Shown here in pieces: positions 50,579 through 59,565 of a stretch of DNA of 64,000 bases (position 1 is the stretch's first letter; the number at the start of each line of letters is the position of its first letter). The DNA is taken from contig DVHC01000062.1 of assembly GCA_018712385.1 (NCBI GenBank), positions 5,624 through 69,623 of the forward strand. Reading direction: 5' to 3'. The translations under genes were made by a program, and so were the position numbers. Origin of the DNA: Candidatus Onthousia excrementipullorum. Its GTDB lineage: Bacteria; Bacillota_I; Bacilli_A; RF39; UBA660. Below the pieces are notes generated by a model. It was given only the letters and a program-made list of their open reading frames with translations. It was not told where the DNA came from and ran no database searches.

Positions 50579-51675
50579 TTAGTCCTCCTTTTAGACTACT
50601 TTCAATAAAATCATCTATCTCTCCATCTAAGACTCCTTTGGTATCACTAGTTTCATAACCTGTGCGATGGTCTTTAACTAGAGAATAGGGATGTAAAATG
50701 TAACTTCTTATTTGACTACCAAAGTCAATGTTTGATTGAATACCTTTTTCTTTAGCAAGTTCTTGTTCTTTTTTTTGTTCTTCTAATACATATAATTTAC
50801 TTTTTAAGACTTGTAAAGCAGTCTCTTTATTTTGAATTTGACTTCTTTCATTTTGACAAGTTACAACTATTTTAGTAGGTAGATGGGTAATACGAACAGC
50901 ACTATCGGTAGTGTTTACTCCTTGACCTCCAGCACCTGTTGAACGATAGACATCTATTTTTAAATCTTTTTCATTTATATCTATTTTAATATCTCTAGAT
51001 ATTTCTGGAGTTACATCAATACTTGCAAAGGAAGTATGACGACGATTAGATGAATCAAATGGTGATAATCTAACTAGACGATGAACACCTTTTTCATTTT
51101 TTAAATAGCCATAAGCATATTCTCCTTTTACTTTAAAAGAAACACTCTTTATTCCTGCTTCTTCTCCAGGTTGATAGTCAAGTAGTTCTATTTTAAAGTT
51201 CTTTTTTTCACAGTACCTTGTATACATTCTATAAAGCATATTAGCCCAGTCACATGACTCAGTTCCTCCTGCTCCTGGATGTATTTCAACGATACAGTTA
51301 TTTTTATCATATGGTTTATTAAAGAGTAGATAGATGCTTAAACTCTTTAAATCTTCTTTGATATTTTTATTATCAGCTTCTAGAGTTTCTAATAAATCTT
51401 TATCACTTTCTTCATCTAACATTTCTAGTAATTCTATAGAGTCAATTATCTTTTTCTTTAAATCGATTAACTTAGATGTACTTTCTTTTAGACTCTTTAG
51501 TTCATTAATTACTGTTTCGGCTTTACTCGTATCATTCCAAAAACCTTCTTTAGTTGTTTCTTTTTCTAACTCTTCTTGTTTTTTTAGTTTATTATCAGTG
51601 TCAAAGTGACCTCCATAAACTTAGTATTTCTTCTTTTTCGTTTGTTAATTCTTTTAATAGTTCATTCTTATTCAT
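50556..51675 (-). CDS. prfB: peptide chain release factor 2, two reading frames joined by a programmed +1 frameshift
   Basis: Frame 0 reads MNKNELLKELTNEKEEILSLWRSL then UGA. The +1 frame continues DTDNKLKKQEELEKE... into the track ORF, which carries the SPF motif and the GGQ-containing GAGGQGVN. Start at the ATG at 51675. Confidence 0.9.
51600..51606 (-). promoter_or_regulatory. RF2 programmed +1 frameshift site CUU UGA C with upstream internal SD-like GGAGG
   Basis: Minus strand UGGAGGUCA CUU UGA C. The in-frame UGA falls at codon 25, and the +1 shift restores the RF2 frame. Confidence 0.85.
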
Positions 51676-51754
51676 TCTTACCAACTCTCTTTATTAGTAT
51701 TATACAAGATATTTATTTTTATAACAATTATTAAAAGAAAAAAAGAAGTCTACA

Positions 51755-52498
51755 TTAGACAATAGACTTCATCTTATCAAGTATAATGCTACCAAAATCT
51801 TTATCTTTTAAATTTCCCCAAGAATTCTCATCTTCATCTTTATAAGGTCCACCTACTGTTGATGTTACATTACCATTAGATGCTATTATTAATTCGTTTT
51901 TAATTGTAAGTTTATCCCTATCCAATTTTATATCTATAGGAGATAGATAATTCTTATATGTTCTGTTACCACCTAATCCATTTTCTTTAGCTCTACCATC
52001 ATTTAATATTTTTTCTTTAGGTATTTCTCTTTGTTCAAAGAAACTTTTATCAATATATGATAACTTTCTATATTTATCTAATACTTCTTTACTTGGCCTT
52101 TTATGAAACTGGTCATTAGATATTTCAAAGACTAATCTTGTATCTTTACAATTTTCTTTCGTTTTTAAATATTTCATTAATCTATCTAGGGAATCTATTA
52201 TTTTGTCACTATAGATAAGACCATTTGTAATAAAATTAATATTGCTAGTGATAGATATATCTTCTTCGATGATAGTATCTATTAAATAGATAACTATATC
52301 AGGTACTAAAGTTGGTTCTCCTCCTGCTATTGCTAAATATTTCATTTCTTTAATTTTATAGTTAGGATTTTTTAAGACTTTATCAATTATTTCTTTAGTC
52401 ATATCAATAGACTCTGCTTTACCTTTACAACAATGAAGGCAACTCTCATTACATCTTCTAGTTACTTCAAAAGCAAGCATTCCTAAATTTATTTCCAT
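51755..52498 (-). CDS. radical SAM protein (CxxxCxxC), no SPASM-type extra Cys clusters
   Basis: The RRCNESCLHCC cluster sits 8 aa from the refined start MEINLGML at 52498 (AAGGAG 9 nt upstream). A glycine-rich AIAGGEPTL SAM-binding motif follows. Confidence 0.65.
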   Translation of the reverse strand: MEINLGMLAFEVTRRCNESCLHCCKGKAESIDMTKEIIDKVLKNPNYKIKEMKYLAIAGGEPTLVPDIVIYLIDTIIEEDISITSNINFITNGLIYSDKIIDSLDRLMKYLKTKENCKDTRLVFEISNDQFHKRPSKEVLDKYRKLSYIDKSFFEQREIPKEKILNDGRAKENGLGGNRTYKNYLSPIDIKLDRDKLTIKNELIIASNGNVTSTVGGPYKDEDENSWGNLKDKDFGSIILDKMKSIV

Positions 52499-52638
52499 AT
52501 ACTTCAACTCCTTGGTATATACACTAACATTTTTTTGAAATTTGGGCAATTATTTTGTATATTTTTACTAAATTTACATATAGTATTAATGAGGAGGGTT
52601 CACTGATAAGTGTGAAGATCCTCATATATATAGATTTA

Positions 52639-52666
52639 GGAGCCTATTTTGGCTCCTTATTTTTTT
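52639..52666. terminator. bidirectional intrinsic terminator
   Basis: ggagcc-tatttt-ggctcc hairpin, followed on the plus strand by a long T-run. It sits directly after the stop of the 210-aa gene on the minus strand. Confidence 0.6.
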
Positions 52667-53289
52667 ATTTTTTGTAATTTTTTATTATATAGGTATTCTT
52701 CTATATGAATTTGATGATAATTAGGGTCATATTCAATTAAACTATTATACATATTCATAAAAGCAAAGTTATAGGGATGATATCTACTCCCACTATTTCT
52801 AAAGCGAACACTATATGTAGGAAAATCATATTCTTCTTTACCTTGATAAAATGTTATAGTAAAGGCTTCTTCTAATCTATTTATCTCTACTCTACTAGCT
52901 TCTTCTAGTGATGCATCATCTGAATACCATTTAATAATGTCGTTTTGAAACAATTTTTCATAAGCATAATCTACCTTTTTAGACTCATTTGAATTTCTTA
53001 AGTTTAATTCTTCAAAAAGAAATGTATAATCATCTTTATCTGTTTTTGGATATGGACGATGTTCTTTAATATTTTTATAAAGTTCATCAATCTTTTGATA
53101 TAAAAAATAATTTTCTTTGGTAATAGTAAAAGTTTTCGATAAAGGCCAATCTTCGAAGTCCTCTTCTGGCCAATAAGACCAATACAAATCTAGATTTCCT
53201 CCAAACATTATATCAAAACTTCCATTTTCAGTTGTTATCTTAAATCTATCATAACCATCTGCATCTTTTGTTTTATTTATTTCAACCAT
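52657..53289 (-). CDS. hypothetical protein (210 aa, Tyr/Glu/Asp-rich)
   Basis: Intact ORF downstream of the LysR gene. No known motif. Confidence 0.45.
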   Translation of the reverse strand: MVEINKTKDADGYDRFKITTENGSFDIMFGGNLDLYWSYWPEEDFEDWPLSKTFTITKENYFLYQKIDELYKNIKEHRPYPKTDKDDYTFLFEELNLRNSNESKKVDYAYEKLFQNDIIKWYSDDASLEEASRVEINRLEEAFTITFYQGKEEYDFPTYSVRFRNSGSRYHPYNFAFMNMYNSLIEYDPNYHQIHIEEYLYNKKLQKIKK

Positions 53290-53325
53290 AATTTACCTCC
53301 TGCTTTTACATTAGTATAACATACT

Positions 53326-54213
53326 TTATTTTCTTTGTATTAATTCAATTAACTTTTTAGCGCTATAGTTAGGTATGCTTTTACTTAATGTAACAATACC
53401 AACTTCTCTTTTTGGAACTTTAGGAGTTACTTTAATTTCATATAATCTTTTTTCTTTTAAGTCATCTTCTATAAACTCTTTAGTGGCATAACCAATACCA
53501 AAACCTGCTTTAACAAAATCCATAATAAGACTATAACTAACTATCTCATTAGGGATGTTAGTAGAAACATTATTACTTTTTAAATATTTATTTAAGAAAG
53601 TTCTTGTATTACTAGGCTCTTTTTGGGTAATTAAGGGATAGTTAAATAACTCTTCTATTCTTATATTTCCTTTGGTCTTATTATAATAATCTTTATTGCC
53701 TACAAAAATATCATGTACTTCACAGATTGGAATAATTTTTAAATCTTTATTCTCTTCCATAGGTAGATTTACAACTAATAAGTCTAAATCACCATTTCTT
53801 AAAGATGTTACAAGATTAGAAGTTAAATCATTTGTTATTTTAATATCTACTTTAGGATATTTTTTATGAAACTTTTCAAGATATGGCATGAGTATATTTC
53901 TAGTTATAGTAGTACTTGCTCCTATTCTAATTGAACCACTATCTAGATTTAGATAGTTTAAGAAAGCATTTTCACCATTTTTAAATGATTCCACTCCTTT
54001 TTTAACATAATCGAATAATACTTTACCTTCTTCTGTTAAAACTATACCTTTCTTTGTCCTTATTAAAAGTTTGCCCCCAAGCTTTTCTTCTAAATTCTTA
54101 ATAGACTGAGTAACAGCAGGTTGAGATATATACATAGATTCACTTGCTTTAGAAATACTCCCATTTATAACTACTTCATAAAATACCTTATATAATTCAT
54201 AATTAATATTCAT
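53326..54213 (-). CDS. LysR-family transcriptional regulator
   Basis: N-terminal HTH (SISKASESMYISQPAVTQSIKNLEEKLG) plus a LysR substrate-binding domain. Confidence 0.85.
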   Translation of the reverse strand: MNINYELYKVFYEVVINGSISKASESMYISQPAVTQSIKNLEEKLGGKLLIRTKKGIVLTEEGKVLFDYVKKGVESFKNGENAFLNYLNLDSGSIRIGASTTITRNILMPYLEKFHKKYPKVDIKITNDLTSNLVTSLRNGDLDLLVVNLPMEENKDLKIIPICEVHDIFVGNKDYYNKTKGNIRIEELFNYPLITQKEPSNTRTFLNKYLKSNNVSTNIPNEIVSYSLIMDFVKAGFGIGYATKEFIEDDLKEKRLYEIKVTPKVPKREVGIVTLSKSIPNYSAKKLIELIQRK

Positions 54214-54299
54214 ATAATTTCTCCTTATATTTAATATAAATAATATATATTATACTTATATCATGTTTTTAAGTATAATGCAATTGAGGAGGAAGAGAT

Positions 54300-55070
54300 A
54301 TGAATAATAAAAAAAATATAATTATAACAAGCGGTCCTACTAATGAGAGGATAGATGCTGTGATGAAAATTACTAATATGTCTACAGGAGCTTTAGGAGC
54401 GATAGTAGCGGATGAATTATTGAAAGAAGACGAATTAGGTAAATTATACTATATATCACCTAAACTTGCTTATAAACCTAAAACTAAAAGTGAAAAACTT
54501 GAACTTGTCCAGATAGAATCTGCTTTAGATTTGCTCAAGGCTTTAAAAAATATTATTACTAATAATGATATTTATGGAGTAGTACATTCTGCCGCAGTTG
54601 GTGATTATTATGGAGAATACGCTATTACTGGAGAACAACTTGCTTCTTTGATTGCTAGCAAAATATATGATAAAGGATTAAATAGAGAAGAGTTAGAAAA
54701 TACTATTTTAGATGTTATAAAAAATCCTGATATGATAACTGATAATACCCATAAGATATCTTCTTATCAAGATAATTTAATGGTTAAGTTAGGACTTACT
54801 CCTAAAGTTATTAGTAGCATTAAAGAGTTTGATCCAAATATAAAATTAATTGGTTTTAAGTTACTAGATGGGGTTTCTAAAGAGGAACTAATTAATGTTG
54901 CCTCTGAATTAAGGAAAAAGAATAATGCAGACTATATTGTTGCTAATGACTTGTCTAGAATTGGCCATGGGAAACATTATGCGACTATAATTAATGAAGA
55001 TGGAATTTATTTGGAATGTGAAACTAAAGATGATATTTCTAAGTCACTTAGAAAAATATTGTTTAAATAG
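54300..55070 (+). CDS. coaB: phosphopantothenate--cysteine ligase (stand-alone CoaB)
   Basis: 256 aa; IIITSGPTNERIDAVMKITNMSTGALGAIVA... is the DFP/CoaB fold signature. Confidence 0.8.
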   Translation: MNNKKNIIITSGPTNERIDAVMKITNMSTGALGAIVADELLKEDELGKLYYISPKLAYKPKTKSEKLELVQIESALDLLKALKNIITNNDIYGVVHSAAVGDYYGEYAITGEQLASLIASKIYDKGLNREELENTILDVIKNPDMITDNTHKISSYQDNLMVKLGLTPKVISSIKEFDPNIKLIGFKLLDGVSKEELINVASELRKKNNADYIVANDLSRIGHGKHYATIINEDGIYLECETKDDISKSLRKILFK

Positions 55071-55094
55071 TAAAAGACTCAAATCACGAGTCTT

Positions 55095-56369
55095 TTATAA
55101 ATTCTTAAAGTAATCAACTATTTCAGATACCTTAACTGTATCAGTAGAATTATCTTTTATATCTTCAATAGAATAATTTTCTCCATCAAATTTATTTCCT
55201 AATATAATCATTTTAGGAGTACCTAGGACATATACATCATTAATTCTATTACCAATTGTTAGGTTTTCTCTATCATCAATAATAGCATTAATATTATTAT
55301 CTGTTAATTCTTTATAAAGTTTTTCTGCTTTATCTTTATTGTTTTCATTATAGATAATTTGAACTTTATAAGGAGCGATTTTATAAGGTAGAGCGAAACC
55401 TTTAACTTTATCATCTTTTCTAATAACATTATTTTCTATTATACAGGCGATTATTCTGCCTAGTCCTATTCCATAACATCCCATATAATAAGGTTTATTA
55501 TTACCATTTTCGTCAGTATAGAATAACTTCATACTTTCTGAATATTTTGTTCCTAACTGGAAGTTATTACCTAATTCCACTGCTTGATATTCTTTTAATT
55601 TACTAGTATCAGTAATATTTAATTGTTTTAAGTATTCATCTTTATTATCAAATTCTAATACTTCTTTATTAATACCTAGGTTTTGTTCTTCATCATAAAG
55701 GACAGTATCTTCACCAAGTTTAGTTGCCGCTTGAAACTCTTCAGCAACACTTCCCCCTATGACACCATTATCACTTACTGTAGGCATAATTTTAATACCT
55801 AGTCTTTTAAAGATATTTAGATAAGCTTCATGCATTAGGTCATATGTTTTTTTCATATCTTCTTCTGTTTTATCAAAAGAATAAGCATCCATCATGACAA
55901 ATGTTCTTGGTCTAAATAGATAACCTCTTGTTCTAATTTCTTTTCTAAACTTTTCGCCTATTTGATAATATATAGCAGGTAAGTTTTTATATGAAGGAAG
56001 TCTATTGGCACCAAACAAGGTTGCACACTCTTCTGCTGTTGGAGCAAGGCCATATTCTCCTAGATTATTATCTAAGGTGAACATAATATCTCCTTCTTTT
56101 GTGTACATATCCCATCTATTAGATTGTTCCCATATTTTCTTTGGTTGTAGTTTTGGAAACTCTACTTGAACACAACCTACTTTATCTAATTCTTCAATAA
56201 TAATATTTTCAACAATTCGCTCCAATTTAGTCCAAAGATTTCCATAGCCATAAATACCACTTTCATATTGGTATAGTTCTCCTAATTTCATTAAGATATC
56301 TTGGCCTGAATAGTTCTTATCAATATCATTTAAGTTAATCTTTTTAATATTTAATCTACTAAGTCTCAT
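55095..56369 (-). CDS. proS: proline--tRNA ligase, short bacterial-type form lacking the INS editing domain
   Basis: Class II motifs: LAPTAEE, FRKEIRTRGYLFRPRTFVMMDAYSF, GCYGIG. Only about 425 aa. Start refined to MRLSRL at 56369, with GAGGAA upstream. Confidence 0.65.
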   Translation of the reverse strand: MRLSRLNIKKINLNDIDKNYSGQDILMKLGELYQYESGIYGYGNLWTKLERIVENIIIEELDKVGCVQVEFPKLQPKKIWEQSNRWDMYTKEGDIMFTLDNNLGEYGLAPTAEECATLFGANRLPSYKNLPAIYYQIGEKFRKEIRTRGYLFRPRTFVMMDAYSFDKTEEDMKKTYDLMHEAYLNIFKRLGIKIMPTVSDNGVIGGSVAEEFQAATKLGEDTVLYDEEQNLGINKEVLEFDNKDEYLKQLNITDTSKLKEYQAVELGNNFQLGTKYSESMKLFYTDENGNNKPYYMGCYGIGLGRIIACIIENNVIRKDDKVKGFALPYKIAPYKVQIIYNENNKDKAEKLYKELTDNNINAIIDDRENLTIGNRINDVYVLGTPKMIILGNKFDGENYSIEDIKDNSTDTVKVSEIVDYFKNL

Positions 56370-56489
56370 AATAATTCCTCTTTTCTTTAATGATATTATA
56401 TGTGTATTTTCCTTGTACGTCAAATTAAAGTTTAAAAGATGCTAGCATAAACTAACATCTTTAGCTTTTTCCACAGAGCCTGTGGATTT

Positions 56490-57560
56490 CTAGTTATTAG
56501 ATTCTTTTATGTATTTTAACTCTCCCATACGAGATGTTGGGATAAAGCCAGCTTCACTGGCAATTACATCAGGAATTCTATTAACAATAGCAGAACAAGT
56601 TAATCTTACGGTATCTGGTTTTTCAATTACTAGAGTTGTATCTGGTTCACCATAAATTGTCCAAACATTCTTATCAAACTCATCTTTATTGTAAACTTTA
56701 CCAATACATTCTGTCTCTAAAGTAATTCCTTCTTTTGTTTCTGTTGTAACAACGGCACTCATTCCTGTAGCCATACCAGCTTTAACTGTCATGCCTAAAG
56801 TAGATGAGTCAATATCATAATCATTAAACTGAGGAACACATTTTTGTCTTTGACTTACTACGGTTAAACCTAATTTATCACAAAGCCAACCGTTAACGTT
56901 CCACATATATGATGGAGAGTAAGTTCCACTTTCTATTACTTTTCTTCTTTCTTCATCACTTATTTCATCGGCACTCGCTACTTGTTCCTCAAACTCTTCT
57001 TTTGTAAGTCCTGCTCCATGGGCTTTAGCAAGAGCGATACCATAGTCTTCTACATTATAAGAAGAGCTTCCTTTTATTTTAGTAATATTATGACTTGAAC
57101 CTATTAGAGTAGTAATTAAATTACCCCAGAAAGCATCTTGATAACCACTACCTGTAATTGTACAATTATTTTCTTTAGCAAGTTTATCAATTTTTTCTGT
57201 TAAAGTAGGGTTAGAGTTCATTGGATAAAATGCTTCTTCACAAGTAGTAATAGCATTAACTCCACATTTTGCACATAGCATTAAAGGTTCTTCTAAATCT
57301 GATAGTAAGCTCATAGTTGTAACAATAACACAATCTGGTTTTAATTCTGTTAATAACTTTTCTGCATTCTTAGCATCTTCTACAATAACACCAGTATTAG
57401 CTGTTCCCATAATTTCTCCGATATCTTTTCCTATAACACTTGGATTAATATCAACTGCACCTACTATAGTACCTCCATTATCTATGACATATTTCATAGT
57501 ATAAACACTCATTTTTCCACAACCATATTGGAATATTCTTAATCCTTTCATTTCTACCAT
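56490..57560 (-). CDS. NAD(P)-dependent DapB-like dehydrogenase (2,4-diaminopentanoate dehydrogenase family-like)
   Basis: N-terminal Rossmann motif IFQYGCGKMS...VGAVD; 356 aa. Family assignment is tentative. Confidence 0.4.
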   Translation of the reverse strand: MVEMKGLRIFQYGCGKMSVYTMKYVIDNGGTIVGAVDINPSVIGKDIGEIMGTANTGVIVEDAKNAEKLLTELKPDCVIVTTMSLLSDLEEPLMLCAKCGVNAITTCEEAFYPMNSNPTLTEKIDKLAKENNCTITGSGYQDAFWGNLITTLIGSSHNITKIKGSSSYNVEDYGIALAKAHGAGLTKEEFEEQVASADEISDEERRKVIESGTYSPSYMWNVNGWLCDKLGLTVVSQRQKCVPQFNDYDIDSSTLGMTVKAGMATGMSAVVTTETKEGITLETECIGKVYNKDEFDKNVWTIYGEPDTTLVIEKPDTVRLTCSAIVNRIPDVIASEAGFIPTSRMGELKYIKESNN

Positions 57561-57646
57561 CCTTTCAATATTTATTATAACATTTTAATTTTTATTAAAT
57601 ATGTAATTAACAAAAAAAGTTATACTTTTTAGCATAACTTTACATA

Positions 57647-58655
57647 TTATTCATTCTTTTCTTTATCTTCTATTTTATTACTTATCGATTTTAGAGTCTC
57701 TAAATATTCTTTTTCTACAGGGCTTAATGTTTTTACTTGATATTTTTTGTATTCATCTTTAGCCTTCTTTATTGCCTCATTATGACTAACTGTACCTTTA
57801 CCTTTCAACAACTTTTCTCCAGTGCTAGAAAGGATTACATCTAACTGTTTAATATAATCATCCATATGCATTGGATTATGTTTAATCGCTTGTATCTCAG
57901 CAAAATCAAAATATTCTGAGACTAAATTATTTAATATTTTTAATTCTTCTTCTGTTAAATAGTTTTTTGCAATGATAACGTCACTCATCATTGGTAAATC
58001 ACCTTTAAAAGTAGTTAATCCCATAAACGGCTTATCTGAGTCTGCTCTTTCATAAATTACTTCTGGTGCTTGTATGTCCATGTGTGGCATAATGAAGTTT
58101 ATTTTGGACAATTTTGAAAAATTCTATTGATTTACTATCTTTGGGGTCATAATCTATTGCAGTTGCATACAAATCAAGTACTTGTCTATATAATACCTTT
58201 TCAGATGACCTTATATCTTTAATTCTTGCAAGCAACTCTTTCCAATAATTTCCTCCTCCATTGCCTTTAAGTCTTTCATCATCCATGGTAAAGCCCTTAA
58301 TCATATACTCTTTTAACCTTTCAGTTGCCCACTTTCTAAAATTAGTAGCAACTTTAGATTTAATTCTATACCCTAGAGAAATAATCATATCTAAATTATA
58401 ATATTTAACTTTTCTTTCAACATTTCTATTTCCTTCTTTTTGAACTGTCAAGAATTCCTTGACAGTTGAATTCTCACTTAACTCTTCCTCATCAAAAATA
58501 TTTTTTATATGTGAACTAATATTTTGTTTAGTTGTATCATATAAATCAGCCATTTGTTGTTGAGATAGCCATACTGTTTCATCTTCTAGTTTTACATCTA
58601 TCTTTGTCTTACCATCATCTAATTGATATATTATAATGTTGTTTTTCTCTTCCAT
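57647..58655 (-). pseudogene. RhuM-family protein split by a frameshift into two overlapping ORFs
   Basis: The 58050..58655 ORF ends ...KLHYATHGHT (RhuM mid-region). The 57647..58111 ORF, in another frame, resumes with ...APEVIYERADSDKPFMGLTTFKG. Confidence 0.7.
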
Positions 58656-58822
58656 GAAAACCTCCTTTAATTTACATTTTTTATTTTAATAGCAGTTATA
58701 GTTGAAATGATTATGTGTATATATTAACATACACTTTTACAAATGTATAGTATCATTTTAATTTTATTTTTACAAAAAACACTTATGACTTAATGAGGTC
58801 ACAAGTGTTCTTAATATGTTTT

Positions 58823-59518
58823 TTATTTTCTAATTATTTTATATTTTAACCATATATAAGAGTCATCTAATTTATTACACTCAATTAATTGTAAAGCTTT
58901 CAACTTATTTAATTCGTTTACTGTGCTAATAGAATCTCCATCTATTAGTGTCGAAGTATCCCTACCTCCTACTAATAATGGAGCAATTACAACATTAACA
59001 TAGTCAATTAAATCTTCTCGTAAGAATTTTCCATTTAAATTCCCACCAGATTGGATTGTTATCTTTTCAGCATTATATTTCTGTTTCATATCAGCTAATA
59101 AAGTTTTTAAATCTAAAACTTCATAATAAAGAATATCTAAGTTTTCATACTTTTCTTTTAAGGAAAAAGCTATATGATTTTGATTTGTAGTTACTAATAT
59201 TAACTTTTCTACCCAATTACATAGATAATCAATTCCGTGCTCATTTAAATGAGGTTTGTTGTCAATAATTATAAAACTGACATCTACTTTCTCGTGATAT
59301 TCTTTTCTATCATTAACGCCAATTTTAGCCATTACTCTACCAGTATTTAAAGAATAATAATCTGTTGTTGCTTCTATTTCATAATATTGATGTAATCCTT
59401 CTTTTACACCTTCAATTTGACACCAATCTTTATCAGCATCTAAATTATCACTATTTCCACTATTTATTTTTCCATCTAATGATTCTAGCATAAATAGTGT
59501 AGTTACAGGTCTTTCCAT
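58823..59518 (-). CDS. dihydrofolate reductase-family protein (RibD C-terminal domain-like)
   Basis: 231 aa; TLFMLESLDGKI and the GG-rich C-terminal part fit the RibD_C/DHFR fold. Confidence 0.6.
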   Translation of the reverse strand: MERPVTTLFMLESLDGKINSGNSDNLDADKDWCQIEGVKEGLHQYYEIEATTDYYSLNTGRVMAKIGVNDRKEYHEKVDVSFIIIDNKPHLNEHGIDYLCNWVEKLILVTTNQNHIAFSLKEKYENLDILYYEVLDLKTLLADMKQKYNAEKITIQSGGNLNGKFLREDLIDYVNVVIAPLLVGGRDTSTLIDGDSISTVNELNKLKALQLIECNKLDDSYIWLKYKIIRK

Positions 59519-59565
59519 CTTTTCTCCTTTAATGTAATTTTACAAAATACTTATATAATAAAGCT

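Noticed and set aside
56440-56489. Hairpin ccacagagcctgtgg downstream of the DapB-like gene, as a terminator
   Set aside because: On the minus strand it is followed by AAAAAG rather than a U-run. A T-rich tract follows only on the plus strand, where no gene ends. It was left unannotated.
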